From Sulfurospirillum sp. (GTDB taxonomy: Bacteria; Campylobacterota; Campylobacteria; Campylobacterales; Sulfurospirillaceae), in the NCBI GenBank assembly GCA_045047115.1, contig JASFYR010000009.1:32001-96000 (forward strand): a stretch of DNA of 64,000 nucleotides. The letters run 5' to 3'. The translations under genes were made by a program, and so were the position numbers. Shown here in pieces: positions 9,272 through 18,663 of the stretch. Every line of letters begins with the position of its first letter. Positions within the stretch are counted from its first letter, which is position 1. The notes beneath the pieces are model-generated. The model was not told the origin of the DNA. It did no database searches and saw nothing but the letters and a program-made list of their open reading frames with translations.

Positions 9272-11462
9272 ACAGATATTTCTGCTTGTTTTTTTGGCAT
9301 CGGGACTCTTTGCACTTAGTAACACTAAAAATATACTCTTGGTCCACTCATATCATAGAGGTTATAAATGGAGTGATGATATCTCAAAAGTTTTGGAAAA
9401 AAAGTATGAAAATAACTCTGGAACTTCTCTGACTACCGTTTATATGGACACAAAAAAGGTAGCAACTCCAACATATTTTGACAGATTGTTTTCTCTGTAT
9501 GATGAGCAGTTTAAAGGTAGGCATTTTGATTTGGTGATTGCTGCAGATAACAATGCTTTAGAGTTTGTTATAAGATATCACGAGCATTTGTTTAAAGATT
9601 TGCCCGTTGTATTTTTAGGTATAAATAATTTTGATGAATCTATGATTTATGAAAATAACATGAGGCAATACACAACAGGAGTTGCAGAAAATGTGGATAT
9701 TGCCAAAAATATAGATTTAATTTTAAAAATCCATAAAAATTGTAAAAAGATAGTGATTATAAATGACAGATCAAAAACTGGATATGCCATAAGAAGAGAT
9801 ATTTCCAAAGTTTTACCAAGATATAAAAACAGAGTAAAGTTTGAGTATGTTGATGATATTTCTTTACAGAACTTAAAAACTAAAATATCAAATTTACCCA
9901 AAGATACAGTCATGTTGTGGGTTTTGCTTTTTAAAGATAAAACAGGGAGAAAATTTACATACAAAGAGAGTTTGAGGCAAGTTAGGTCTATCTCGAATAT
10001 CCCAATATACGGCTTGTGGGATTTTTATCTTGGAAAGGGAATAGTAGGGGGATTGCTTACAAGTGCCACATCTCAAGCAATTGCTGCCTCAAAGATGGTT
10101 GATGAGATTATCAAGGGCATAAAACCAAGAAATATACCAATCTTGCAAAAGAGCCCAAATGAGTATATATTTGATTATAACGAATTGAAAAAATACAGGA
10201 TAAAGATACCTGAAAATATAAAAAAGTATGTGGTAGTAAACCAGCCTTTTTCATTTTATAAGCACTATAAAAAGCTAGTCTGGATAACACTGTCTGTATT
10301 TTTTATCTTTACACTGATTTTAATTTTGCTTATATTTAATGTTGCCAAGCGAAGAAAGAGTGAAAAAGAGCTGAAAAATCAACTACAATTTATAAGAGTT
10401 TTAATGGATACCATCCCAAATCCGATGAATTACAAGGACATTAATGGAATATATCTAGGTTGTAATAAGGCGTTTGCTGATTTATTCAATTGCAAAAGGG
10501 AGGATATCATAGGCAAAAGTGTGTATGATTTTTTTGAAGAAGACTGGGCACATGAGCAGAGTCAAAAAGATGAGGAGCTACTGTATAAAAAAGGAACAGA
10601 TAACTTTGAAAAGACTCTGCACTTCCCAGATGGAAGAGCAAGAATGGTGAGTTATAGTAAAACAGCATATGAAAACATAGATGGAAATTTAGGTGGAATT
10701 GTTAGTATAATGGATGATATAACACAAAGAAACCAACAAAAAGAGTTCATAATCCAACAATCAAAACTTGCCGAGATGGGAGAAATGATAGCAGCAATTG
10801 CCCATCAGTGGAATGAACCATTAGTAGAGCTTTCGGCTATATTGCAAGATATGGAGTTTTCTTACAGACAAAATGAACTTAATGAAAAAAATATGAATGA
10901 TTTCGTAAAAGACTCAATGGTGCAAATCCAGTATATGTCTAAAACCTTGAGCGATTTTAGAAATTTTTTGAAACCATCGACAAAAAAAGCACTGTTTTGT
11001 GCAAAAAAAGCACTTGATGAAGTGCTTGAGATTATAGGAAAGCAGATATTTTATTCGCATATAAATCTTAAGGTTATTTGCAGAGATGAAAAAGTTCCTA
11101 TATATGGTTATGAAAATGAATTTAAGCAGGTTTTGTTAAATATTATAAATAATGCAAAAAACAAATTAATCAAGACGCAAAAAGGTAAAAGTATAGAGAT
11201 TTTTGTTGAGGCACATTATGATAGTGTTAAAATTAGAATTATTGATGATGGAGAGTTGATTCCAAAAGAAATTTTGGATTTGATTTTTGATCCCTATTTT
11301 AGCACTAATAAAAACGGTACAGGGCTGGGTCTATATATGGCAAAAGTAATAATAGAGGATAAAATGGAGGGAAAAATAAGTGCATACAATTATGTAGATA
11401 AAGTAATTTTCAATATAATAGTCCCAAGTATTCAAAAACAGAACACAAGGGTAACAGTATGA
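9231..11462 (+). CDS. Sensor histidine kinase (ABC substrate-binding-like periplasmic domain, PAS, kinase core)
   Basis: LLVHSYHRGYKWS N-domain, TM, PAS (YLGCNKAF), H-box AHQWNEPL, GTGLGL; start codon uncertain. Confidence 0.88.
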   Translation: MQVIQTQYQAVIIKQIFLLVFLASGLFALSNTKNILLVHSYHRGYKWSDDISKVLEKKYENNSGTSLTTVYMDTKKVATPTYFDRLFSLYDEQFKGRHFDLVIAADNNALEFVIRYHEHLFKDLPVVFLGINNFDESMIYENNMRQYTTGVAENVDIAKNIDLILKIHKNCKKIVIINDRSKTGYAIRRDISKVLPRYKNRVKFEYVDDISLQNLKTKISNLPKDTVMLWVLLFKDKTGRKFTYKESLRQVRSISNIPIYGLWDFYLGKGIVGGLLTSATSQAIAASKMVDEIIKGIKPRNIPILQKSPNEYIFDYNELKKYRIKIPENIKKYVVVNQPFSFYKHYKKLVWITLSVFFIFTLILILLIFNVAKRRKSEKELKNQLQFIRVLMDTIPNPMNYKDINGIYLGCNKAFADLFNCKREDIIGKSVYDFFEEDWAHEQSQKDEELLYKKGTDNFEKTLHFPDGRARMVSYSKTAYENIDGNLGGIVSIMDDITQRNQQKEFIIQQSKLAEMGEMIAAIAHQWNEPLVELSAILQDMEFSYRQNELNEKNMNDFVKDSMVQIQYMSKTLSDFRNFLKPSTKKALFCAKKALDEVLEIIGKQIFYSHINLKVICRDEKVPIYGYENEFKQVLLNIINNAKNKLIKTQKGKSIEIFVEAHYDSVKIRIIDDGELIPKEILDLIFDPYFSTNKNGTGLGLYMAKVIIEDKMEGKISAYNYVDKVIFNIIVPSIQKQNTRVTV

Positions 11463-12109
11463 AAATTCTTTTGCTTGAAGATAATAAGAGACTAAATGAG
11501 ACGATAACAAGAAGATTAAAGGCAAAAGGGTATGAAGTTTTTAGTTTTTTAGATGGCCTAAAGGCTTATAATGCTATTGATGATGGATATATATGTTTTG
11601 TACTGGATATTAATGTACCTACGATTGATGGTACCGAAATACTAAAGAGAATAAGAGAGTTCAATAAAAATACACCTGTTATCATAATAAGCTCGACTGT
11701 AGAGCTTGACATCATAAAAGATTCATACAAACATGGTTGCAATGACTATCTAAAAAAACCTTTTTTTATAGATGAGCTTGAGATAAAGATAGAGAAACTG
11801 TGTAATTTTGATAATGATGTTATAGATATTTATAAAGGTTGTAAATTTTTCTTTAAAGAGAGTGCTTTGGAGATAGATGGAGTCAGGGAGCATTTGTCAA
11901 AAAAAGAGAGACTTTTTTTAAATCTGTTGCTTTCAAAAAAAGGAAGCGTTGTACCTTTTGATTCTATTCAAGATGTTGTGTGGGAGGGAGGCTTTACGAG
12001 TATAGACTCTATTCGCTCTTTGATGCGTAGAATTAGAAAAAAATTTCCTATCGATTGTATAGAAACTGTCGTAGATGTGGGGTATCTCTTTAAAAAATGT
12101 TTCGATTAG
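11459..12109 (+). CDS. OmpR-family response regulator
   Basis: LLEDN, LDINVP, KPF, winged-helix ETVVDVGY. Confidence 0.9.
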   Translation: MKILLLEDNKRLNETITRRLKAKGYEVFSFLDGLKAYNAIDDGYICFVLDINVPTIDGTEILKRIREFNKNTPVIIISSTVELDIIKDSYKHGCNDYLKKPFFIDELEIKIEKLCNFDNDVIDIYKGCKFFFKESALEIDGVREHLSKKERLFLNLLLSKKGSVVPFDSIQDVVWEGGFTSIDSIRSLMRRIRKKFPIDCIETVVDVGYLFKKCFD

Positions 12110-12155
12110 TAACGAATTTTAGAATAAATTTTGCATTAAGACAATAAATGCAAAA

Positions 12156-12175
12156 TGTCATATACTTGTCATATA
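12156..12175 (+). promoter_or_regulatory. OmpR/PhoB-type tandem binding site upstream of the TRAP operon
   Basis: TGTCATATA at 12156-12164 and 12167-12175 (11-bp period). Confidence 0.55.
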
Positions 12176-12238
12176 TTGGAGTTAAAATGCCATTATACGT
12201 GAATGACATGTAATAAAAATTCAATTTAAGGAGAAAAT

Positions 12239-13303
12239 ATGAAGTTAGGAAAGGTTCTTGGAACTTTGGGTTTGGCAGCGGTATTGGCTGTAACTGCAAG
12301 TGCTGCAGATAAGAGAGTTAAGTGGAAGTTGGCTATGACATGGCCTACTAGCTTATCACCATTTACTGATGCTGTACATGAGATGGCCAATTTGGTAAAA
12401 GAGATGAGTGACGGTAAATTTACTATCAGAATAGATTCTAAAAACAAACATAAATCTCCATTTGGCATATTGGATATGGTTAAATTGGGTCAGTATGATA
12501 TGGGACACTCTGCATCATATTACTGGAAAGGTAAAGATTTAGCAACTCTTCCTTTTACTACTATGCCTTTTGGTATGATTGCTCCTGAGCAATATGCATG
12601 GTTCTACTACGGTGGTGGAATGGCACTTATGCAAAAAGTTTATGCTAAACACAAAGTTTACTCTTTTCCTGGTGGAAATACAGGAAACCAAATGGGTGGG
12701 TGGTTTAGAAAAGAGATTAAAACTGTTAATGACCTAAAAGGTCTTAAGATGAGAATTCCTGGCTTTGCCGGTGAGATTATGTCAGAGCTTGGTGTTACAG
12801 TTACAAACATAGCTCCGGGCGAACTCTATACTTCACTTGAGCGTGGTACAATTGATGCACTGGAGTGGGTTGGACCGGGAATGGATATAAGAATGGGATT
12901 TCATAAAGTAGCACCTTACTACTATACAGGATGGCATGAGCCCGGTACAGAGTTGCAGTTTTTAGTAAATATCAAAAAGTTTAAAAAACTATCTCCAAAG
13001 TACCAAACTATTCTAAAAACCGCAATGAAATTGGCTGCATATGATATGTACATAGAGAACTATTATATGAGTGCAGTTGCTTGGGCTAAAATTAAAACTG
13101 ATTATCCAAATATCAAAATCAAATCTTTTCCGCCGGCAGTTATAGCAGCGATGAAAAAAGCAAATACAAAATTACTCAAAAGAGATGAAGCAAAAAATGC
13201 TGAATTTAAAGAGGTTATAGAGTCTCAGCAAGCTTTTATGAAGAAAGTTAGAGAATGGACAAGAATGTCTGATTATCTATCACTTAAATACAACAATGTC
13301 TAA
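12239..13303 (+). CDS. dctP: TRAP transporter substrate-binding protein (monocarboxylate/keto-acid, TakP-like)
   Basis: WKLAMTWP, SASYYWKGK, GNTGNQMGGWF, LKMRIPG, EWVGP, GWHEP. Confidence 0.92.
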   Translation: MKLGKVLGTLGLAAVLAVTASAADKRVKWKLAMTWPTSLSPFTDAVHEMANLVKEMSDGKFTIRIDSKNKHKSPFGILDMVKLGQYDMGHSASYYWKGKDLATLPFTTMPFGMIAPEQYAWFYYGGGMALMQKVYAKHKVYSFPGGNTGNQMGGWFRKEIKTVNDLKGLKMRIPGFAGEIMSELGVTVTNIAPGELYTSLERGTIDALEWVGPGMDIRMGFHKVAPYYYTGWHEPGTELQFLVNIKKFKKLSPKYQTILKTAMKLAAYDMYIENYYMSAVAWAKIKTDYPNIKIKSFPPAVIAAMKKANTKLLKRDEAKNAEFKEVIESQQAFMKKVREWTRMSDYLSLKYNNV

Positions 13304-13322
13304 ATAGTTTGTAAAACTGAAG

Positions 13323-13349
13323 TTTGCCACCAAATCTCTTGGTGGCAAA
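13323..13349 (+). terminator. Stem-loop after dctP
   Basis: tttgccaccaa/ttggtggcaaa 11-bp stem followed by T-run. Confidence 0.7.
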
Positions 13350-13439
13350 TTTTTATAAAAACCGGCAATATTTTTACAGATTTTTATAAAAATTTAAAAT
13401 AATTCTGATTTTAAAATAATTATCAAAAAAAGGACTTTA

Positions 13440-13985
13440 ATGCTAGATAAGATAGAGATGTTTTATAAAAAAATCACTAAAGCTTTAGGAATTTTTTTAT
13501 TTATTGTAATGCTGCTTATGACTTTTAATGTCGCTTATGACGCGATAGCCAGGTATGCTTTTAATACAGGATCAATCGCTATGCAGGAGATGGAATGGCA
13601 TCTGTTTTCAGTGCTGATTTTAATTGGAATGTCTTATGCGCTTATGGAAGAGGGGCATGTGAGAGTTGATCTTTTGTATGATACTTGGTCGGTGCAAAAA
13701 AAGGCCAAGATAAATATGATGGGTGCGGTCGTGTTTATTTTGCCTTTGGCTCTGCTTATCGCAACTAACTCAGTAGATTTTATGATGGAGTCTTATACAT
13801 CACATGAAATTAGCGGAGACCCGGGTGGTCTTACCCATAGATGGATTATAAAAGCTTTGATCCCAGCATCTTTTTGGTTGCTGATATTTATGGATTTTGG
13901 TTATTTTATACAAAATTTAAATATTTACAAAAAAGACAAGGCAGCAAAGATGGATGTAAATTATAAAGAAGGAGAGGCGCTATGA
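13440..13985 (+). CDS. dctQ: TRAP small permease
   Basis: Four TMs, QEMEWHL, GHVRVD, DPGGL. Confidence 0.9.
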   Translation: MLDKIEMFYKKITKALGIFLFIVMLLMTFNVAYDAIARYAFNTGSIAMQEMEWHLFSVLILIGMSYALMEEGHVRVDLLYDTWSVQKKAKINMMGAVVFILPLALLIATNSVDFMMESYTSHEISGDPGGLTHRWIIKALIPASFWLLIFMDFGYFIQNLNIYKKDKAAKMDVNYKEGEAL

Positions 13986-15337
13986 CTGGTATTGTAATGT
14001 TCGGGGCAGGACTTGTGATGCTACTGATAGGTTTCCCTGTAGCTTTTACTTTTGGTACGGTTGCTGTTATTTTTGGACTTTCATTTGGTGTGGTTGATGC
14101 ACTTCAAAATTCTCTTCCTATATGGGAAACCTTTGTGGATACCGGCGTTGATATGTTTGGTTTTATGCCTTTTAGGATATATGCTATCATGCAAAATACC
14201 ATTTTGATGGCGGTTCCTCTTTTTATATTTATGGGTATTATACTTCAGAAATCCAAATTGGCAGAAAAGTTGCTAGAGGCAATGGGTACGCTCTTTGGTG
14301 AAGTTAGAGGTGGTGTAGCTATCAGCACGGTGCTTGTTGGTGCTCTTTTGGCAGCTTCTACCGGTGTGGTAGGGGCGAGTGTTGTTGCTATGGGTGTCAT
14401 ATCACTTCCTGTTATGCTTAAATACAACTACAGCAAGAAACTGGCAACCGGAACAATTTGTGCATCTGGAACACTTGGCCAAATCATTCCTCCATCAATT
14501 GTTTTGATTATTTTGGGTGATGTTTTTCAGGTTCCTGTCGGCGATCTTTTTAAAGCAGCTGTAGTTCCGGGATTGTCCCTGGTTGGTGCATATGTTTTGT
14601 ATATAATCATTGTTGCGTTTAGAGACAAAGATGCTGCACCTGCAATTCCCCCGACTGATTTAGATGAGACTAAGTTTCAGCAAATTATCAGAGCTTTAAA
14701 AGCTATACTTCCACCACTACTACTTATCATAGTAGTTCTGGGTTCTATTTTTGCCGGAGTTGCAACTCCTACAGAATCAGCTGCAGTCGGATCGGTCGGT
14801 GCTATGATTTTGGCGATTGCGTATAGGCAATTTTCTCTGGTGATGCTAAAAGATTCAGCACTGGAAACCGCAAAAGTTACAGCTATGGTTTTTGCGATAC
14901 TTATAGGTGCGACAGCCTTTTCCATGGTGTTTACCTACTCTGGTGGAGATACTATAGTTGAAAACTTTATGATGAGTCTGCCAGGTGAAAAGTGGGGATT
15001 TATCTTAACTTCTATGCTTGCAATTATGTTTTTAGGATTTTTTATTGATTTTGTTGAAATATCATATATTATAGTTCCTATTTTAGTACCAATAGCAGAA
15101 AATTTGGGAATCAACCCTGTATGGTATGCTATATTGATAGCGATGAACTTGCAGACTTCATTTTTGACCCCTCCTTTTGGTTTCAGTCTCTTTTATCTGC
15201 GTGGAGTTGCGCCGAACAGCGTAAGAACGATAGATATATATAAGGGCGTGATGCCTTTTATCGTGATACAAGTTTTGATTTTAGCCATTTTGGTTATAGA
15301 ACCAGGTTGGTTTGGAATATCAGCACTCCTTAAATAG
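13982..15337 (+). CDS. dctM: TRAP large permease
   Basis: AVPLFIFMG, GTLGQIIPPS, TPTE, TPPFG. Confidence 0.92.
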   Translation: MTGIVMFGAGLVMLLIGFPVAFTFGTVAVIFGLSFGVVDALQNSLPIWETFVDTGVDMFGFMPFRIYAIMQNTILMAVPLFIFMGIILQKSKLAEKLLEAMGTLFGEVRGGVAISTVLVGALLAASTGVVGASVVAMGVISLPVMLKYNYSKKLATGTICASGTLGQIIPPSIVLIILGDVFQVPVGDLFKAAVVPGLSLVGAYVLYIIIVAFRDKDAAPAIPPTDLDETKFQQIIRALKAILPPLLLIIVVLGSIFAGVATPTESAAVGSVGAMILAIAYRQFSLVMLKDSALETAKVTAMVFAILIGATAFSMVFTYSGGDTIVENFMMSLPGEKWGFILTSMLAIMFLGFFIDFVEISYIIVPILVPIAENLGINPVWYAILIAMNLQTSFLTPPFGFSLFYLRGVAPNSVRTIDIYKGVMPFIVIQVLILAILVIEPGWFGISALLK

Positions 15338-15344
15338 GCTACCT

Positions 15345-15384
15345 TAAACTTGCGCAAATATTAATTTGTGCAAGTTTATTTTCT
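15345..15384 (+). terminator. Intrinsic terminator of the TRAP operon
   Basis: taaacttgcgcaaat/atttgtgcaagttta stem then tttt. Confidence 0.75.
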
Positions 15385-15425
15385 TTCTCGCTTTTTAGTG
15401 TTATAATTTTATTGAGGAGTTATAT

Positions 15426-18251
15426 ATGAAATTAAGTGGTGCTTATTTAAAATTTTACGAAGAAATTATCGAGGTTATTTCCAACAAGAGGGTTTTTACG
15501 GATTCTCTGCATACTTTGGTTTATGGTACAGATGCCTCTTTTTACAGGCTTATTCCAAAAATTGTTATATGGGTCAATAATTCTAATGAGGTATCAAAGA
15601 TATTAAGACTATCTTCATCACTCTCTTTACCAATCGTTTTTAGGGCTGCTGGGACTAGTCTTAGTGGTCAGGCTATTACTGATTCTATTCTTGTGGTTAC
15701 TTCAAGAGATTGGCGAGGTAAAAAGATAAGCGAAGATCACTCTTTGGTCACACTTGAGCCCTCAGTTGTTGGAGTTGATGCAAATGATTTTTTACTCCCT
15801 TATGGTAAAAAAATTGGACCCGATCCTGCCAGTATAAGTTGTGCTATGATTGGGGGAATTGCTGCAAATAATGCCAGTGGTATGTGTTGCGGTGTAGCCG
15901 ATAACTCCTATAAAACTCTACACTCTATGAAGGTGATTTTTTATGACGGAAGCGAGCTTGATACCAATGATAAAAAGAGTAGAGAAAATTTCTTAAATAC
16001 TCACGGTATGATGGTTGAGAGCATCAATCAACTACATCTAAAAATCAAAAAAAATAGAGCTTTGCATGATAAAATAGTAAGAAAATTTAAGATAAAAAAT
16101 ACTTGCGGTTACTCGCTGAATGCTTTGGTGGATTTTGAAGATCCTATAGATATAATCTCTCATCTTATGATAGGAAGTGAAGGAACTTTGGGTTTTATAA
16201 AAGATATTACCTATAGAACTGTTCCCGAATATAGTGATAAAGCAAGTGCATTGATGATTTTTAAAGATATAAAAGATGCATGTGATGCTGTGATAACCAT
16301 GAAACTTCATTGCAGACAGAGTGTGAATGCTGCTGAAATTATGGATAGAGCTGCCCTAAGATGCGTCCAGGATAAAGAGGGAATGCCTAAATTTCTAAAA
16401 ACATTAGAAGAGAGTGCTACTGCTGTACTGGTCGAAACAAGAGCTCCGAGCAAAACAGAATTGGAAAACAATATTAACATTATATTGGATAAACTAAAGG
16501 ATTTTAACCCTGTTTATCCATTGGAATTTACTGATATTCCAAGTGAATACAATCTCTATTGGGATATTAGAAAAGGTCTGTTCCCGGCTGTTGGAGCAGT
16601 AAGAAAGACAGGTACGACTGTTATCATAGAAGATGTTGCATACCCGATAGAAGATTTAGCAGAGGCAACGCTTGAATTGCAAGACATATTTAAAAAATAT
16701 GGATATGACGAAGCGATTATATTTGGTCATACACTTGAGGGAAACCTTCATTTTGTTTTTACACAAGCTTTTGATGATGAAAATGAGATAAAAAGATATG
16801 AGCAGTTTATTGCAGAAGTGGCAAACCAGGTGGCTTTAAAATACAAAGGAAGTCTAAAAGCAGAGCATGGAACAGGCAGGAATATGGCGCCTTTTGTAGA
16901 ATTGGAATGGGGAGAAGATGCTTATAATCTCATGAAAGAGATAAAGCGTATATTTGATCCAAAAGGATTGATAAACCCAGGTGTTATACTTAATGTTGAT
17001 AAAAAAATACATCTCAAAAACTTTAAAGCTATGCCAAAAACAGATGAACTGATTGATACATGCATAGAGTGCGGATATTGTGAGCCCAAATGTCCATCTA
17101 ATTTTCTCACTCTTACACCAAGACAAAGGATTGTTTCAAACAGGTACATGTCAATACTGAAAAACAGCGGTAAATTTGAAGAGCTTATAGAATTTGAAAA
17201 ATTATATCAGTATGATGGTATTGAAACTTGCGCTACATGTCAGCTTTGTTCTATCTCTTGCCCTATAGATATAGATACAGGAAATTTAACAAAAAAATTA
17301 AGAGCCAAGCAGATAGGAAAACTAGGACATAAAATCGCATGGAGCGTAGCAAATAATTATGGAACAGTTTTAAGTGTGGGTAGATTTGCATTGAGCGTTG
17401 TAAAAGGAGTGAATGCTATCATACCAAATAGTACTATGGAAAGCATAAGCAGAGGTTTGAGAACTATAACAAATAACGCTATGCCTCTTTGGAGCTCATC
17501 TTTGCCAAAAGGTGAAAAATTTAAGATAAACAGAACAATTTTTGACGCAAAGCAGAAGGTTGTCTATTTTTCATCTTGCATAAACAGGACCATGGCAAAT
17601 CCAAGAGGGAAAAAAAGTGAGCCAAGTATCAGTGAAGTAGTTGTGATTTTACTTGAGCGTGCTGGATATGAGGTGATAATTCCAAAAGATATAGATAATC
17701 TGTGTTGCGGTATGCCTTTTGGTTCAAAAGGCTATAAAGAAGAAGCCAAAAGCAAGTCTGATGAGCTTGAAACTTCATTAAGAGATGCAAGCCAAAATGG
17801 CAAATATCCAATTCTTTGTGATATGAGCCCTTGCAGTAAAACTATAGAGCAAAATTTTCCTGCTAATCTGAAAGTTTACGATACAGTAGATTTTATAGCA
17901 GAATTTTTAGCAAAAAAACTAAAATTTAAACAGGTTGATGATCCGATTGTTATACACACAACCTGCAGTACAAGAAAGAGCGGATTGACAGGTAAGTTTG
18001 AAAAAGTGGCTCGTATGTGCAGTTCAAATGTAACGATACCAAAAAGTGTTAGTTGTTGCGGTTTTGCAGGTGATAGAGGTTTTACGTTTCCAAAGCTTAA
18101 TGCTTCGGCTCTAAGGCATCTAAAAGAAGAGATTCCAAAAGATGTAAAATATGCCTTTTCAACAAGTAAAACTTGTGAAATAGGCTTAAGTGAACATAGT
18201 GACTTGGACTATAAATCTATTTTTTATTTAGTGGAACGCTGTACGAGATAA
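15426..18251 (+). CDS. FAD/Fe-S D-lactate dehydrogenase (Dld-II type)
   Basis: FRAAGTSLSGQA, GPDPAS, GSEGTLG, KAEHGTGRN, CIECGYCEPKC, CCG domains. Confidence 0.85.
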   Translation: MKLSGAYLKFYEEIIEVISNKRVFTDSLHTLVYGTDASFYRLIPKIVIWVNNSNEVSKILRLSSSLSLPIVFRAAGTSLSGQAITDSILVVTSRDWRGKKISEDHSLVTLEPSVVGVDANDFLLPYGKKIGPDPASISCAMIGGIAANNASGMCCGVADNSYKTLHSMKVIFYDGSELDTNDKKSRENFLNTHGMMVESINQLHLKIKKNRALHDKIVRKFKIKNTCGYSLNALVDFEDPIDIISHLMIGSEGTLGFIKDITYRTVPEYSDKASALMIFKDIKDACDAVITMKLHCRQSVNAAEIMDRAALRCVQDKEGMPKFLKTLEESATAVLVETRAPSKTELENNINIILDKLKDFNPVYPLEFTDIPSEYNLYWDIRKGLFPAVGAVRKTGTTVIIEDVAYPIEDLAEATLELQDIFKKYGYDEAIIFGHTLEGNLHFVFTQAFDDENEIKRYEQFIAEVANQVALKYKGSLKAEHGTGRNMAPFVELEWGEDAYNLMKEIKRIFDPKGLINPGVILNVDKKIHLKNFKAMPKTDELIDTCIECGYCEPKCPSNFLTLTPRQRIVSNRYMSILKNSGKFEELIEFEKLYQYDGIETCATCQLCSISCPIDIDTGNLTKKLRAKQIGKLGHKIAWSVANNYGTVLSVGRFALSVVKGVNAIIPNSTMESISRGLRTITNNAMPLWSSSLPKGEKFKINRTIFDAKQKVVYFSSCINRTMANPRGKKSEPSISEVVVILLERAGYEVIIPKDIDNLCCGMPFGSKGYKEEAKSKSDELETSLRDASQNGKYPILCDMSPCSKTIEQNFPANLKVYDTVDFIAEFLAKKLKFKQVDDPIVIHTTCSTRKSGLTGKFEKVARMCSSNVTIPKSVSCCGFAGDRGFTFPKLNASALRHLKEEIPKDVKYAFSTSKTCEIGLSEHSDLDYKSIFYLVERCTR

Positions 18252-18317
18252 TTTTATTAAATTATAGTTACTTTATTGGTTTTATTTAATAAAAGAAATG
18301 ATAAAATACCTCAAACT

Positions 18318-18362
18318 AAGTACCTAACCAAGAGTAACAAAGTTACTCTTGGTTAGGTACTT
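18318..18362. repeat. Perfect 21-bp inverted repeat
   Basis: aagtacctaaccaagagtaac-aaa-gttactcttggttaggtactt. Confidence 0.9.
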
Positions 18363-18390
18363 TACTCTGAGTATATAGGGAGGAGACAAC

Positions 18391-18645
18391 ATGGACAATG
18401 TGAATCTTGTTGTAGAGGGTTTGAAGTTTATGGTTTTAGGTATGACTACCGTTTACCTATTTCTGTTATTAATGGTATTTGTGCTCAATATAATATCTAA
18501 AATAGTTAAAAAATACTTTCCGCCAAAAAAATTAACCCCTGCTTATACGAAAAGAGAAGTTCGAACAACGCAAAAAGTTAGCGAAGATGATGCTGTAGTG
18601 GCTGCGATTGTAGCCTCAATTCAACAATTCAAAAAACAAAATTAA
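18391..18645 (+). CDS. oadG: Oxaloacetate decarboxylase gamma subunit
   Basis: GLKFMVLGMTTVYLFL TM, VVAAIVASI tail; precedes the alpha and beta subunits. Confidence 0.88.
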   Translation: MDNVNLVVEGLKFMVLGMTTVYLFLLLMVFVLNIISKIVKKYFPPKKLTPAYTKREVRTTQKVSEDDAVVAAIVASIQQFKKQN

Positions 18646-18663
18646 CCCAAATAGGAATGCAAG

